Under the pieces are notes generated by a model. It saw only the letters and a list, made by a program, of their open reading frames with translations, did not search any database and was not told the DNA's origin. The position numbers and the translations under genes were made by a program. Positions 56,415-64,000 of a stretch of 64,000 bases of DNA are shown one piece after another (the first letter of the stretch is position 1; the number at the start of each line of letters is the position of its first letter). This DNA is from an uncultured bacterium (lineage in GTDB: Bacteria > Krumholzibacteriota > Krumholzibacteriia > LZORAL124-64-63): positions 96,001-160,000 of the forward strand of contig CAVSGO010000008.1 in NCBI GenBank assembly GCA_963727525.1, in the 5' to 3' direction.

Positions 56415-57893
56415 TTACTTCACGATCGTGACCTTGCCGGCGGCCTGGTGCTGGCCGTCGTCCCAGCGCAGGAAGTAAGTGCCCGAGGCGACGGCGCGAC
56501 CGAAGGAGTCGCGGCCATCCCAGGCGATGACGGCCGAGCCCTGGCCATCGGAGTCGGCATGCAGCAGCCGGACGGTGCGGCCACGCACGTCGAAGATCAG
56601 GAGCTTGCCCTGGGACGCACGGGCGGTCGACGCCATGATCGTGCAACCCGCGTTCGCCGAGGCCGGCGACGGGAACACGCGCAGGCGGCCGGCCACGGCG
56701 AAGACCTCGTCCTGCACCGCCGTCGGTCCCGTGATGCCGTGCGGACCCGGGCCGCTGGGCACCGAGCCGTGGCACACCGTGCAGTCGCCGAGTGCGCCGG
56801 CGTGGCCCTGCAAGTCCACCATCACGCGGTTGTCCAGCGCCTCGCGGCTCGGGAAGATGGCGTGCGGGCTATTGTGACAATTGGAACACAGCACGCCGCC
56901 GTGGCCGCGGCTGTTGCGGAAGAGCTGGCCCACCGGTTCACCATATGTGGCCGTGTGGCAGGTGCGGCACGCCGGCTCATCGACCCAGGGCACGCGGCCC
57001 TGGTTGATCGTGTTGGCCACGTTCGACATGCTGCCGTGGCAGTCCTGACAAACCATGCCGTGGTCGTTGGCCATGGTGCCGCGCAGGCAGCGGGTGTTGG
57101 TGCCCGGGTGGCACTTGTAGCAGCCGGTGATGCCGGGGTACTGCTGATCGATGAAGTCGTGTGCGTGATGGATGCGACGCGAAAACCAGCCGTGCGAGCC
57201 CGGGTTCGGACCCGTGAGCGGCGTGGAGCCGTGGCACTGGGCGCAGAGGATGGGGCGGTTGTTCGGGTTGAAGCCGCCCTCGTCCTCGTGGGCGTTGAGG
57301 ATCGCGTTCTCGCTGCTGTGGCAACCGGAGGTGACACAGTTCACTTCCACGGAGACGGGCGCCACCGGGTAAGCGCGCGCGAGTTCCACACCGTCGGTGT
57401 CGCGCAGGATGACCTGAGCTACCTGGTAGGGATCCTCGACGGTGGGCGCATCGTCGGTGAACGGCGTCAGCGGGATGCCGAGAGCCTCGAACATGTCCCC
57501 GTTGACGTCGAAGACGTCGTTGAGGGTCTTGCCCGTGAGGCCGACGTTGGGGGGCAGGTTGACACCGAAGAGGTGGAGCGCGTAGTCCCAGAAGTCGGTC
57601 TTGCCGGCCGAGTAGGTGTTGCCGGGGAAGGAGTACTCGAGCGTCACGCCCGTGGTGACGATCTGCGGCAGTGTACTTCCGTCGCCGCGGCGAATGACCT
57701 GCGCCTGAAGGTCGTTGTAAGGCGGCAAGATCGAGATGTTGGCGTGACTCTGGTTCATGCAGTGCATGCCGAGGTCGTTGGTGACCAGGATGACATAGTC
57801 GCCGAGAAGGGGCTGTGCGGTCGCAGGAATGGCCAGGAAAGCGACGATCGCCAGGGCGACGATCGAAAGAGGGGTCCAGTGGCGTGCGGACAT
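56415..57893 (-). CDS. secreted multiheme cytochrome c with C-terminal FlgD-Ig/T9SS-CTD-like domain
   Basis: Signal peptide; NDLGMHC; six CxxCH plus one CX4CH (CVTSGCH); tail FDVRGRTV...WDGRD..G..VASGTYF. Confidence 0.9.
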   Translation of the reverse strand: MSARHWTPLSIVALAIVAFLAIPATAQPLLGDYVILVTNDLGMHCMNQSHANISILPPYNDLQAQVIRRGDGSTLPQIVTTGVTLEYSFPGNTYSAGKTDFWDYALHLFGVNLPPNVGLTGKTLNDVFDVNGDMFEALGIPLTPFTDDAPTVEDPYQVAQVILRDTDGVELARAYPVAPVSVEVNCVTSGCHSSENAILNAHEDEGGFNPNNRPILCAQCHGSTPLTGPNPGSHGWFSRRIHHAHDFIDQQYPGITGCYKCHPGTNTRCLRGTMANDHGMVCQDCHGSMSNVANTINQGRVPWVDEPACRTCHTATYGEPVGQLFRNSRGHGGVLCSNCHNSPHAIFPSREALDNRVMVDLQGHAGALGDCTVCHGSVPSGPGPHGITGPTAVQDEVFAVAGRLRVFPSPASANAGCTIMASTARASQGKLLIFDVRGRTVRLLHADSDGQGSAVIAWDGRDSFGRAVASGTYFLRWDDGQHQAAGKVTIVK

Positions 57894-57985
57894 CGTAAGC
57901 CTCCCGGATGATGGGCGTCGGGTTCCCGCTGAGACCGTCTCAAGGTCGGGTCCGGGCCGTTGAGTGGTTGAGAGTATGCGATACT

Positions 57986-57999
57986 TTGAAATAGTTCAA
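57986..57999. promoter_or_regulatory. FNR/CRP-family-like palindrome
   Basis: TTGAA-ATAG-TTCAA (cf. TTGAT-N4-ATCAA), about 95 bp upstream of the cytochrome. Confidence 0.45.
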
Positions 58000-58103
58000 T
58001 CGTGATCATATTTGACCACGTATACTTATAATGTCAAGTATATTTTCAACACCATCCGACGCATGGACGCAGGTCTTTCATAACCCAGTATTTGACTTGG
58101 ATT

Positions 58104-59405
58104 TTAAAGAGTCTGGACAGATTCTAAAGACTTCCCGATGGTCCCTGTCAGGACCTCGGGATCCCCATCGGTCACGAGGACGTCGTCCTCGATCCTGACC
58201 CCGCCGCAGGGTCGCCACTTGTCCACGCGATCCCAATCGACGTCATCGCGGTACTCTGCGCGGTGTCGCGGATCATCGAGGAGGCCGGGCACGAAGTACA
58301 ATCCGGGCTCGATCGTGGTCACGAAGCCGGGAGCCAGGGGGAGATCCATACGTAAGAAACGTAGGCCGGGGCGGTCCTCCGGCTGGCGACCGGGAATATA
58401 GCCGCTGGCGTCGCGTACCCCGAGGCCCACGAGGTGGCCCAGACCGTGGGGGAATAAGAGGGCGTGGACGTCGCGCTCCACGAGAGATTCGGGATCGCCT
58501 TTCAGGAGCCCCAGATCGACGAGGCCGCGGGTCATCGTGAGCGCGGCGCGCAGGTGTAGCGCCTTGAACTCCTGGCCGGCGCGGCAGCCCGCGACCGCCT
58601 CTACCTGCGCATCCAGAACAACTGCGTAGAGCGCCGCCTGCTCGGGCGTGAAGCGCCCGTCCACGGGGTAGGTGCGCGTGACGTCGCAGGCATAGCCGGC
58701 GACCTCGGCGCCGGCGTCGATGAGCACCACCTCGCCGGCGTTGAGGGGCCGCCGCGTGGGTGCGCCGTGGAAGACCGCCGCGCGGGGGCCGCCGCCCACG
58801 ATGGACGGATAGGCCGGGCCGTCGCCACCGGCGCGCAGGAACGCCGCCTCGAGCACGGCCTGCACGTCGCGGGCGCTGAGGCCGGGACGCAGGGTGTCGT
58901 GCAGCACCGCGTAGCCCGCGGCCGTGGCCGCGGCCGCCTGGCGCATGAGACCCAACTCGTGCGTATCCTTGGGCCGGCGCGCGGCGAGCAGGCGCTGGCG
59001 CAGCTCGGCACGCAGCTCGAGATCGTCCTCGACGCCGGGCAACGGGCTCCCGAGCACGGCGATGGGGCGGCCGTCGCGCGCGCGCAGCCACGCCTCGAGG
59101 TCCGTGAGCGGCCGGGCGCCCGCCACGCTAGCGTCGTCGGGCGTTGTGCCTTCCCACACCTGCTCGTCCTGGCTCACCGGTGTCACGAAATCCACCCAGC
59201 CGTCCTGCGAGTCGTACGCGAGCACGCCACCGGGCCGCCAGCGATCGGCGAGCCAAGCGTACTCGGTGTGTGGCCGAAAGGGATAGGTCATGTCGGCGCC
59301 GCCGGGGATGCTCACGGGCTGGCCGGCGTGGACGAGGACGATGGCGGGCCGATCGTGCCAGGCGGCGGCCGCAGCCTGGCGTCGTGCAGACAGCGGGGCG
59401 GACAT
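58104..59405 (-). CDS. pepP: Xaa-Pro aminopeptidase (M24B)
   Basis: IDAG...GYACDVTRT, HGLGH.VG, TIEPGLY, GGVRIEDD. Confidence 0.9.
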   Translation of the reverse strand: MSAPLSARRQAAAAAWHDRPAIVLVHAGQPVSIPGGADMTYPFRPHTEYAWLADRWRPGGVLAYDSQDGWVDFVTPVSQDEQVWEGTTPDDASVAGARPLTDLEAWLRARDGRPIAVLGSPLPGVEDDLELRAELRQRLLAARRPKDTHELGLMRQAAAATAAGYAVLHDTLRPGLSARDVQAVLEAAFLRAGGDGPAYPSIVGGGPRAAVFHGAPTRRPLNAGEVVLIDAGAEVAGYACDVTRTYPVDGRFTPEQAALYAVVLDAQVEAVAGCRAGQEFKALHLRAALTMTRGLVDLGLLKGDPESLVERDVHALLFPHGLGHLVGLGVRDASGYIPGRQPEDRPGLRFLRMDLPLAPGFVTTIEPGLYFVPGLLDDPRHRAEYRDDVDWDRVDKWRPCGGVRIEDDVLVTDGDPEVLTGTIGKSLESVQTL

Positions 59406-59535
59406 GGGCAAGCCTCCGGATCGAGGAAGGAGGGGGTTCGGGAACATGGTCGCCGGCTTCGGGTTCGCCGGCAAGGATGCGGCGGCCTATCTTGGGTCGC
59501 GCGGGAGGAATGGCGACAAGATCGTGGTGGAGCGC

Positions 59536-60648
59536 ATGCACGCAGTGACCATGAGAAGCGGCGGGTTCGTGCGGCACTGGGCCATCGCCGGCACGCTGGC
59601 CGTGCTCGCCGGGGCAGGCACGCCGCAGGCCGGCAATGCGGCGCCGGCCGACTCCACCGTCACCTTCCCCGAGCACGTGCGCATGCCCGCCGAGTTCGAG
59701 ACGAACGAGGCGCTGCTCGTGGGCGCGGCGCAGATGGTGCAGTTCCACCCGCAGGCGCTGGTGTCGATCGTGCGCGCGGCGCACACGCACATTCGCCTGG
59801 TGTGCCTGGTCGGTTTCCGTGAGGAACGCGACGCCGCCGCGCGCCTGCTCCTCGACGCCGGACTTCCCGGTGACTCCGTCACCTTCTTCTACCTGCCCGT
59901 CCAGTCGATGTGGACGCGCGACTACGGGCCGCTCACGGTGCTCGGGCCGCAGGGTACGGCCTATTTTCTCGACGCCACCTACGCGCGCGCCGAAGCCGAC
60001 CCCGCCGACGACGCCGCGCCGCAGGTGCTGGGCCGGTACATGCGGACGGGCGTGGTACCGCTGCCGCTCACGATGGAGGGCGGCGATCTGCTCAGCAGCG
60101 GCGCCGGCCTCTGTCTGAGTACGCAGCGCGTGATCTCGCGCAATGCGGACGCGCGCGGCGACGACGTCCAGCAGATCTGGTCCATCCTGCAGCGTTACGG
60201 CGGGTTCACCGACTGGGTCCCGTTGCCGTCGCTCGTGGGCGAGCCCACCGGCCATCTCGACATGTATCTCACGCTCGTCGATCCCCACACCGCCGTGGTG
60301 GCGCAGCTCGATCCCGAAGCCGATACCGAGAATGCCGCGCGCCTCGACTGGGTCGCCCGCACACTGCGCACGCGCGCGTCGCTCACAGTGGAACGCATCC
60401 CCATGCCGCCCCACGACGACGGCGTGTGGCGCACCTACACCAATGTCGTCTTCGCCAACGGCGTGCTGCTCGTTCCCGCTTATCCCGACCGCTTTCCCGA
60501 CCTCGACGCCCAGGCGCGCTCCGTGTACCAACGCCTGCTGCCCGACTGGCAGATCGTCGGCGTGGACGCGTCGAGCCTCATCCAGCGCGGTGGCGCGCTT
60601 CACTGCGTCACGATGAATCTGCCGGTGATCAACGATCCGGAGTTCTAG
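59536..60648 (+). CDS. agmatine/peptidylarginine deiminase family protein with signal peptide
   Basis: RMPAEFE, WTRDYGP, EGGD, TGHLD, YTN, GGALHCVT. Confidence 0.9.
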   Translation: MHAVTMRSGGFVRHWAIAGTLAVLAGAGTPQAGNAAPADSTVTFPEHVRMPAEFETNEALLVGAAQMVQFHPQALVSIVRAAHTHIRLVCLVGFREERDAAARLLLDAGLPGDSVTFFYLPVQSMWTRDYGPLTVLGPQGTAYFLDATYARAEADPADDAAPQVLGRYMRTGVVPLPLTMEGGDLLSSGAGLCLSTQRVISRNADARGDDVQQIWSILQRYGGFTDWVPLPSLVGEPTGHLDMYLTLVDPHTAVVAQLDPEADTENAARLDWVARTLRTRASLTVERIPMPPHDDGVWRTYTNVVFANGVLLVPAYPDRFPDLDAQARSVYQRLLPDWQIVGVDASSLIQRGGALHCVTMNLPVINDPEF

Positions 60649-60757
60649 CGCATTCTCCGGACCGATTTCGCGGGTTCGCCTGTACCGGCGGACCTGGGTA
60701 CGACCGCCGGCGCGTGTCGCTCACCGATCTCATCGAGCCGGGGTGCATCGTCTCGTT

Positions 60758-60817
60758 TTTTGTCCAGAAAGCCAGAAACTTACGGCCGGCTGTCAGTGAT
60801 TCCGTTTCTGGACAAAA
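60758..60817. repeat. 13-bp inverted repeat with 34-nt spacer
   Basis: TTTTGTCCAGAAA ... TTTCTGGACAAAA between convergent genes. Confidence 0.65.
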
Positions 60818-60872
60818 CGGATGACACCAATGGCTGGCGTAACCGTCGGCAAGGAGTGCGCCTTACCGCCTC

Positions 60873-63467
60873 TTACTCCGGATACATCGCCCCCCACCAC
60901 GCCGGCCGCTCTTTCAGGTAGCGGGCGAAGTAGGCGAGGATGGTGTCGTTCCAGACGATGCGCTGGTCGTGGTCGAGGATCCAGTGGTTCTGGCCCTCGA
61001 TCTGCACGTACTCCACGTCGCGGCCCAGCAGTTCGAGCGCGGTGAAGAGCTGATCGCTCTCGCCCGGGGGCACGTTGGTGTCGGCGCTGCCGTGCAGCAG
61101 GAGCAGGGGCGTGTGGATCTTGTCGGCGTGGTAGAGCGGGCTCTGTTCCACGTAGATGTCGCGGTCGCTCCAGGGGAAGGCGTTGGCCAGCGCACGGGCG
61201 CCGTAGTCGTAGCCCCACCAGCCGTGGCCCCAGTAGCTGGTGATGTCGGAGATGCCGGCGTGGCTGACGGCGCAGGCGAAGATGTCGGTCTGCGTGACCA
61301 GGTACTCGGTGAGGAAGCCGCCGTAGCTGGCGCCGATGCAGCCCACGTGCCCGGCGTCGGCGAAGGGATGGGCGGCGAGGAAGGCCTGCGTGGCGTCGAT
61401 CACCTCGCGCGCGGTGCGCTTGCCCCAGTCGTTCACGTGGCGGGCGGCGAACTCCTGACCGTAGCCGGTGGCGCCGCTGGGTTCGGGTACGTACACCACG
61501 TAGCCCTGGCCGGCCCACACATTCTTGGGATAGCGCCCCCCGAAGTCGACGGTGACGGGCGATGTGCCGCCGTAGTAGTAGACGATCACGGGATAGGTGC
61601 GCTGTGCGTCGAAGTCGGGCGGGTAGTAGATGCGTCCGTCGAGAGTGGTGCCGTCGGGCATGGGAGCGGCCCAGGTTTCCACCTTGCCGAAGGCCACGTC
61701 CTGCCAGGCGTTGCGGCCAGGGTCGGCGAGCAGCGTGGTCTTGCCGCGCTTGAGATCGATAGCGTAGAGCCGGTCCGGGGTGGCGGCGCTGCTGCCACGC
61801 GCCACGGCCATGCGGGCGTCGCGGGCGAGGTCGAAGTCGTCGACGAATTCGATGCCGGTGTCCATGCGCTCCCAGCCGTCGCGGTCGGACGCGCGGCGGT
61901 AGACGCGCTGGTACTGTTGATCGGTGCATACGGCGTAGATCATGTGGTCGGCGTGAGACCACCAGAAACCGCCCACGTCGGGCGTGAGGTCGCGGCTGAT
62001 CGCCGTGGGCGTACCCGTCTTGCGGTCGTAGAGGAAGAGCTGGCCGCCGTAGTCATTGGGCTGCACGCCGGCGGGCAGGGTGAGGCCGAGTCCGTCGAAG
62101 GCGGAGGGCGATCCACGCAGCAGGAGGCGCGCGCTGCCGTCGGGATCGTAGGCGGCGCCCTCGATCCAGGGGTCGTCGAGGATCGTCTCGGCCGCGAAGG
62201 TGACCAGGTCCAGTTCGTAGAGCGTGCTCGAGAAGTAGGGGCGTGACGAAAGGTCCTGGTCGCTCAGGAAGAAGAGCAGCTTGCGGCCGTCGGGGGAAAT
62301 CGTCCACGTGGAGGGCGACAGCGGGCCGGCCGTGAGGCGGCGCGTGACGCCGTCGGGGACGGTCTTCAGGTTTAGGTAGCTACGGTTGCGCCACGAGGTC
62401 TGCCGGTCGGCCGGATTCTCGACGTGCTTGACCCGACGTTCGTCGGGCTTGGCCTCCACCTCGATCTCGTACACCACGAAGCTGCCGTCGGGCGCCCAGT
62501 CGTAGCGGCCGAGGTGTTCGACACCGCGCAGCACGCGGGTGGTCCGGGCGGTGGCCAGGTCGTGGATCCAGAGGTCGGTCTTGCCGTCGGCATCGGCGGT
62601 GTAGCTGAGGCGCCGGCCGTCGGGCAGCCATTGCAGATGGCTGGCCTCGATGTTGCCGCGCCAGGTGGCGGCGGGCTTGCCACTGTCGGTGTGCAGGATC
62701 TCGATCCAGCGCTCGCGCTTGCCGTCGGGGCGGCCGGCCTCGCAGGCGACGGCCACCAGCTTGCCGTCGGGACTGAGCGCGGCCGAGCGCGTGCGCGGCG
62801 CGTCGAGCACGAGGTGGATGTCGGCCGCCCGTTTGCCTTCGGCGGCGCAGGTGATCGCGGACGCCGGCAGGTCGGCGCTCAGCACCAGGGAGGGTGCCAG
62901 GCGCCAGGGCGTGTCGCCGTTGGCCTGGAAGGCACTGCGCAGCACGACGAGGTGGCGGCCCATGGGCAGGGTGACGTCGCCCTTGAACAGCGGCTGGCCC
63001 AGGTCGCCGTTGACGAGGGCGAGGTCGGCGGGGGCGCCGTCAAGCCAGCCGGTGAGCTTGACGCCCTCGCTCGTGGCGATCTGCAGCGACGCCTTCTGCC
63101 AGCGATCGGATGCGACGGTGAAGGCCAGCCAGACCTCGGCCGGCGTGGTCGGCGGCGTCTCGATCACGAAGCTGCCGTCGCTCGCGGAACGCGCCTGCCA
63201 CGGCGCGTCGTGCTCGCGCGCCAGCGGCACGCGATCGCCGGCGTGGGGGCGCAGGGTGGCCACGTCGAGCGCGGGCTCGCCCAGGAGGTCATCCAGACTC
63301 ACGCCCTTCTTCTCGCTGTCGGCAAAGGCCGGCAGGGGAAGCGTGAGCGGTCCGAGCTGGAGAACCTCCGTCACCGTGACGGTGGGGCCGGCGTCGGCCG
63401 TGGACAGGGCGATGGCGGGCAGGACCAGGAGGGAGAGGCTCAGCAGGATGGAGAAACGGCAGTGCAT
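60873..63467 (-). CDS. S9 family (prolyl oligopeptidase/acylaminoacyl) peptidase, secreted
   Basis: AAGGAG RBS; signal peptide; PDG propeller repeats; GASYGG, GSAD, NH catalytic triad. Confidence 0.93.
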   Translation of the reverse strand: MHCRFSILLSLSLLVLPAIALSTADAGPTVTVTEVLQLGPLTLPLPAFADSEKKGVSLDDLLGEPALDVATLRPHAGDRVPLAREHDAPWQARSASDGSFVIETPPTTPAEVWLAFTVASDRWQKASLQIATSEGVKLTGWLDGAPADLALVNGDLGQPLFKGDVTLPMGRHLVVLRSAFQANGDTPWRLAPSLVLSADLPASAITCAAEGKRAADIHLVLDAPRTRSAALSPDGKLVAVACEAGRPDGKRERWIEILHTDSGKPAATWRGNIEASHLQWLPDGRRLSYTADADGKTDLWIHDLATARTTRVLRGVEHLGRYDWAPDGSFVVYEIEVEAKPDERRVKHVENPADRQTSWRNRSYLNLKTVPDGVTRRLTAGPLSPSTWTISPDGRKLLFFLSDQDLSSRPYFSSTLYELDLVTFAAETILDDPWIEGAAYDPDGSARLLLRGSPSAFDGLGLTLPAGVQPNDYGGQLFLYDRKTGTPTAISRDLTPDVGGFWWSHADHMIYAVCTDQQYQRVYRRASDRDGWERMDTGIEFVDDFDLARDARMAVARGSSAATPDRLYAIDLKRGKTTLLADPGRNAWQDVAFGKVETWAAPMPDGTTLDGRIYYPPDFDAQRTYPVIVYYYGGTSPVTVDFGGRYPKNVWAGQGYVVYVPEPSGATGYGQEFAARHVNDWGKRTAREVIDATQAFLAAHPFADAGHVGCIGASYGGFLTEYLVTQTDIFACAVSHAGISDITSYWGHGWWGYDYGARALANAFPWSDRDIYVEQSPLYHADKIHTPLLLLHGSADTNVPPGESDQLFTALELLGRDVEYVQIEGQNHWILDHDQRIVWNDTILAYFARYLKERPAWWGAMYPE

Positions 63468-63594
63468 GGGTTCGGTCTCCTTGTCGGATCGCAGGCCGGG
63501 CGGACGCCGGAACATGATCGCACCGGGGAAGCCAGGGGCCAAGGCTGGCTTTTCGGTTGATCGCGGGCGCGAGGCGTTCCATTGTTTGGCAGCC

Positions 63595-64000
63595 ATGACC
63601 GCCAAACACCTATGCCGAAGATCCTGGATCTTTCTGGTGCGCCTGCAGCGCGAAGTCGCCTATGACGACTGCATGGGCATGGCCGCCCAGATCGCCTACT
63701 ACATGCTGCTGAGCACGTTCCCGTTCCTGATCTTCCTCATGAGTCTCGTGAGCTACTTGCCCATCGGAAAGGCGCTCGAGCCGCTCATTCTCGATGGCCT
63801 GCGCGAGCAGATGCCGCTGGAAGCAGCCAACTTCGTCGTGGACGCGGTGATGGGCATCCTGCCGACGCGCAGCCAGGGCATCACGGCGCTGGGATTCCTG
63901 CTCGCGCTGTGGAGCGGCTCGATGGCGGTGGGCGCCATGATCACCACGTTCAACCGCGCCTACAATCTGCGACCGCGGCGGAACATGCTCTACCAGAAGC
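63595..64000 (+). CDS. YihY/virulence factor BrkB family membrane protein (partial, runs off the end of the window)
   Basis: Frame from ATG 63595: DDCMGMAAQIAYYMLLSTFPFL...ALWSGS...FNRAY. Confidence 0.9.
   Translation, partial: MTAKHLCRRSWIFLVRLQREVAYDDCMGMAAQIAYYMLLSTFPFLIFLMSLVSYLPIGKALEPLILDGLREQMPLEAANFVVDAVMGILPTRSQGITALGFLLALWSGSMAVGAMITTFNRAYNLRPRRNMLYQK

Noticed and set aside
52252-56775. 1507-aa minus-strand ORF, and similar long ORFs (1780-2988, 13593-15422, 42476-43819, 56394-57911)
   Set aside because: Antisense shadows of well-supported genes; high GC3 suppresses stop codons on the opposite strand; no domain motifs
1-64000. tRNA, rRNA, riboswitch or prophage genes
   Set aside because: None recognisable by eye; a tRNAscan-SE and Rfam scan would be needed to exclude small RNAs

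Overview
GC-rich bacterial window with about 55 protein-coding genes. No rRNA, tRNA or CRISPR array was seen. Many secreted proteins end in either a FlgD-Ig/'PNPFNP' (T9SS-CTD-like) domain or a short [ST]-[WFL]-G-x-x-K-x-x-[YF]-[RK] tail. This suggests an FCB-superphylum candidate lineage such as Krumholzibacteriota, Latescibacterota or Eisenbacteria (inference). Main contents, in order: the decayed end of an integron-like cassette array (1-820); a 4-gene operon of signal-peptide-less Ig-like, Cys-rich and 10-aa-repeat proteins (10.7-13.4 kb); a lower-GC block with a tandem mosaic array of beta-helix and FlgD-Ig genes, a large LVIVD/FG-GAP protein and a delimited IS4 element with a 9-bp target duplication (13.6-26.6 kb); a beta-propeller/DUF362/epimerase/SRPBCC operon; a tetraheme cytochrome c-NrfC-NrfD module with no catalytic subunit; folate genes; a FlgD-tailed multiheme cytochrome; and peptidases. 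The strongest candidate for a new system is a tightly coupled 3-gene cluster at 45619-47942. It encodes a 64-aa RiPP-like precursor (IQELHERLE leader, GG, CCTCK core), an LpxL-like acyltransferase with a C-terminal RRE-like domain, and a YydH-like M50 peptidase, i.e. a putative fatty-acylated RiPP pathway. Several single-base frameshifts look like long-read sequencing errors. All family calls come from reading motifs by eye; no searches were run.
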